A stretch of DNA of 64,000 nt. It comes from Dipteris shenzhenensis. Taxonomy: Eukaryota. The DNA is taken from the NCBI GenBank assembly GCA_047967505.1, contig CM106538.1; one strand, written 5' to 3'. Shown in pieces: positions 60,086-64,000 of the stretch (position 1 is the stretch's first letter; every line of letters starts with the position of its first letter). The notes beneath the pieces were generated by a model. That model searched no databases and was not told the origin of the DNA. It saw nothing but the letters and a program-made list of their open reading frames with translations. The position numbers and the translations under genes are program-made.

Positions 60086-61208
60086 TCTTGTATCTCATTA
60101 TAATAAAGAGCTGGATAAGGGAGCTGGGGGCCGGGGAACAAGGGGTTGGGGGGGTGGGGGGGGGGGGAGTGTGGGCGGTTTCGTCTTGGCCTTTTAATCA
60201 TGCGTTCATCTTTTCTCAAGCAAGATTGTACTTTTCAGTTTTTGTTCATTTAAATCTCTGAAGTAAAGCAATATTCCACAATTTAAGCAATGCAATCTTT
60301 CTCCTTCCCCTTTAAGAGAGCACTGAAGGTTTCAGCTTCTCCTTGAACAAGATTCTCATGCTACATTGATCCTTTCTCCATCCTTCTAATTTACAGGCTA
60401 TTTTTTCTTCAGGTCTCTTATGAATTCTTTGATCTTGAGCTTTATTTCAGCCGTCCTCTTTCAACATGCCAAGAAAAACCCAAACCTTATTGGGCATTCC
60501 ACACAATCTTGGCAAATCCAAGTACAAGGGGATCGGGTAACGAGGAATAGAAGTGCAAATATTGCCTTGAAGGCTTCAATTGCACCTCTTCATGTTTGAT
60601 TCAACATACATTTAAGATTATTGGAAAGGGATTAAACCTGGGCTCCATGTTCCACAAGGTATTGTAGATCAAGTACAAGAAGGGCAAATCTGTATTGCTT
60701 TTCAATGAAGGCTTACAATCCTGTAGTGGAGCAGCCGGCCGGATGAGCTACTTTAGCCTTTCGAGGTTGTGATTGAGGATACGGCCATGGATGGAGCTGG
60801 GCTTGTCACCAAGAGGGTGAGAGTTGATACTTATGCCCTGAGTGCCTCTTCTCCAAATCCAGGTCAAGCTTGTAGCTGGTGCTACATAAAGCATGTTGCG
60901 TTAGAGATAGAGTGCTCTCTAGCAAACAAAAGAGCACATGAGGTTGCTTTGACTGAGATTGAAAGGACTATTATTGAATGCAATTTGGAATCAAATCTAT
61001 ATGATCCTGACAGTGGCACAAAATGATCAAAGCTATGGTTGAGTCAGTCCATGTGGGTCTTGGTTTGAACTAGATTACAAGAGCCTGTGCATCAAATTCT
61101 TGGCTGAGGATATTATCAGGTTTAATAATGCCCTTACATCCATCAAGGAAGGTTCCAATGGCGAGTTATTTTTACAAGTCAAGATACGACACACAAATTT
61201 AAGAAGTT

Positions 61209-61362
61209 AAAACGCCAGGCATAAAATGACATTAGCCCAAATAAAATAGTCACCTTACAGGAAATTTAAGAAATGACTTGTAATGTCAAATTTGTCATTT
61301 CTTAAATTTCCTGTAAGGTGACTATTTTATTTGGGCTAATGTCATTTTATGCCTGGCGTTTT
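61209..61362. repeat. Perfect inverted repeat, 69-bp arms with 16-bp spacer
   Basis: 61209-61277 is the exact reverse complement of 61294-61362. Confidence 0.95.
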
Positions 61363-64000
61363 TATGTGGCAAGCAGTTAGGGAGAGTCTTGAATGCAAGG
61401 GAGCTATGCTACCTAGTGCCCTCATTTTTGTAACATTTTGTATGGTTTCTATTATTTGAGCAGGCATACCAACATTACCTTCTGCATTTCTTGCAATGCT
61501 GTATTGCTCTGTGCGTAAGGGTGCTAAAAGACAATTGTGAATCTATCGCAGCCATTGCTGGCACAGCCTTTCTCAGCCTTGATGCTTCATCGAGTTCATT
61601 TCAGGCAAAAAGTAGGACTACTGGTTCGACAGTCAGGAGAGGCTTTCAAACTGATCAGCTCTTGTAAAGTCAATTATATTTGTAGCGTGTTGGTTCATGC
61701 AAAATAAGCTCCTTGACATCAAGGACGACAATCTACTTTCAGCATCCCATTAGAAACAATAAATAGCAAATTGCAAAGTTCTAGGCTTCTGGTTAGCTGC
61801 CATGAGTGAAGTTTCTGTAAATTGTTTTTTCTTGGATTGAAACTCCCTAGTTTTCCAATTGAAAGATTGTGAGTACTATCGCAGCATGTCTAAAACTTTC
61901 AAGGATTTGGAGACATTGGATTTCCAGATTCTATTTGTAAAGGATAAATGTTATTTATGACTTTTTGGTCTTGGGCCATTCTTTGCAGAGAAGCCATTAG
62001 ACTTTAATAGATTAAAGAGCTCAACTCATCATATTGTGGATCTGTCTACAACATTTTTCTCATGCCCAGCATGATGTATTTCTGCAACGAGCTTGCTCAA
62101 GCAGGTTTTTTTCAGAAGTCTTTTTCATGAAAAATAAATAAATATAACTGAGGCCTTATGCAGCCTTTTCTATGGATCTTACCAATTAAATGCGCTCACA
62201 GAGGGGAGTGAAAAATACAATATTATTTTCCTTACGGCATTCCTCCATATTATCCAGGAAAGACCATACAGTGCTGTGCAATTTCGAGGGGACTAGCTCG
62301 TTCTCAGAAATAACTTCCACAATACCTGCAAGGTGAAAAACAACAGTCTGTATGGCATTTTCTTTATTGAAGAAACTAATGTCTTTGACACTGCTGTTTT
62401 TTGAAATCTCAGGCTGACATTATCGGGCAGAATGAGAAGATCATGGATAGTTAGCGTACTGATGACACTGCTGTATTTTTGGATGCTGACATCTTTAAGG
62501 AGAGTCTTGGATTTTTTTTGGTTATGCAGTGGGGCACTTATCAATTGGAATAAATCCAATGGCTTCTGGGTTAGTAATGAGGACACCCTAGATTGGGGAT
62601 GACTTTGGTTTGACTTGGATTCAGAGTAGTAGCTCTGTCAGATATCTGGGTTGATGGTTTTTCTTTGCACTTGAATATACCGTGTGGAATGCCAAAGCGC
62701 ATTCTGCAGTATTGGCGAGAGTTTGCACCTGGTAATAGCCATGATAGACCTCAAAGCCAACTATAATTTTTAAGGCTACCTGAAGTATGACCCTATCAGT
62801 CTAGAGATTCTTTTTCACAGTGTTGGCCTTGTCCATCCCCTTGTTGGTCTCTGACGGTAGTCTTGGGCATTCGATATTGATGTTCTCTTTGTGTCTTGAG
62901 CTGCGGTGAATCACAGAGTTTCTTGCAACCAATAAAATTACTCTCTATTTCATATTCCCAGCATTTTAAATTTTTTTCTTTTATGCATTTGTTCACCTTA
63001 TATTTTTGCTACATAATTAGATGGGGGGCTACGTACAGTATCATTATGATGCTAGGGATCTCTCTTGCATGCCAATAAAATAGATTGGTTGTATTGCAAC
63101 CAGAATCAAATGACTAGGGTGGGATTTCCCTTGAGTTGCAAGGTTATACTTCCAAGTGCATAACAAATGTATTCATGCTAGCTTAATAGGTGCATGTCTT
63201 ATTTTCTTAGGGGATTAATCTAGATTTGTCTAGGATATTGATAATATGAGTATGGCATTTAGAGGGGTAACACAAATTTTCAATGTAATATTTATTCCAT
63301 TTTTGACATCTATGGTTTTAAAACAATGTGGCTATCTTGATGTCATTTCAAGGGCTAATTCAGACTTTTGCACCCCTACTTGAGTGGAGACTTGGATGCT
63401 AGATTGCTGCTAATGTTCGCCCAACTTCAAAAGATTCATAAGGTTTCATATAGCGTCCCAAAGGGGATATAGATCTAATACCTCATGGATCTTGTTAGTG
63501 TTAAGTCATTAATCATGTCCTCATGTGCATGTACATCACACTTAATCTTAAAGTGCTACTATGTTGGCACAAGTTCTAAAAGTACATGGAAAAATGTGGA
63601 TTGGGGAGTTTTGTTTTTTGCTTTTTTCATTAGCATGATGTTAACAACACCTTGCAGAGCTAAGTCATACTATGTTACGTTAAGGATTTGGCAGATTTTA
63701 GTAATTTAGTTATGCTTAGAGAGGACATTCGCCTCTGAGGCATGTAAACAATCTTTGGAGTCAGCAGACACATTTCGCAATTGGCAGAGTGGGAGGTTGA
63801 CCTTGTCTACGGTTGGGTTTGGTGGGTGAGCACTGAGTAGTACAAGGAGGTAGTTTGGGCATAGAAGCTTTAATAGAACATTCTTTTGGTGGTATGCAAT
63901 CAGCAACTCCGCATCCAGAAATGGCTAAGTCGTCACTTGTGAGCAGAAGGGAAAAGGCAAGAGGGAGGCTTAGAGGGCATGAGGGGGGCATTGGGATGAG

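Noticed and set aside
60240-64000. Short ORFs and possible LINE RT remnants (e.g. IIDFTRA on the minus strand near 61670)
   Set aside because: Too degenerate to assign by eye; no consistent exon chain or domain order.

Overview
Plant nuclear DNA. The very large introns and abundant RTE-X-like LINEs suggest a fern or other large-genome seed-free plant, which is an inference. The only host gene I can support is the 3' part of a TTI2/At2g39910-like ARM-repeat gene on the + strand, with six coding exons from 15990 to 43708 and a 25,833-nt GC-AG intron packed with nested transposons. Most of the remainder is transposable-element sequence: Ty3/gypsy (one full-length copy with both LTRs, PBS, PPT and TSD), Ty1/copia, L1, hAT and RTE-X-like LINEs. 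The stretches ~39.6-41.8, ~48.5-50.4 and ~60-64 kb are largely unassigned. The most unusual signal is a coherent microsatellite-associated LINE system. Three diverged RTE-X-like families and an ORF1-only non-autonomous element share one covarying 3'-terminal stem/CAT-bulge/stem RNA structure. Two of the families carry an ORF2 C-terminal extension with canonical PCNA-interacting (PIP-box) motifs. Copies stack head-to-tail in (TC)n/(TTTC)n tracts. Other oddities are an inverted copy of a gypsy element's own LTR patched into its protease gene through double microhomology, a perfect 69-bp-arm palindrome, and a candidate plastid insertion. All calls were made by eye without database searches.
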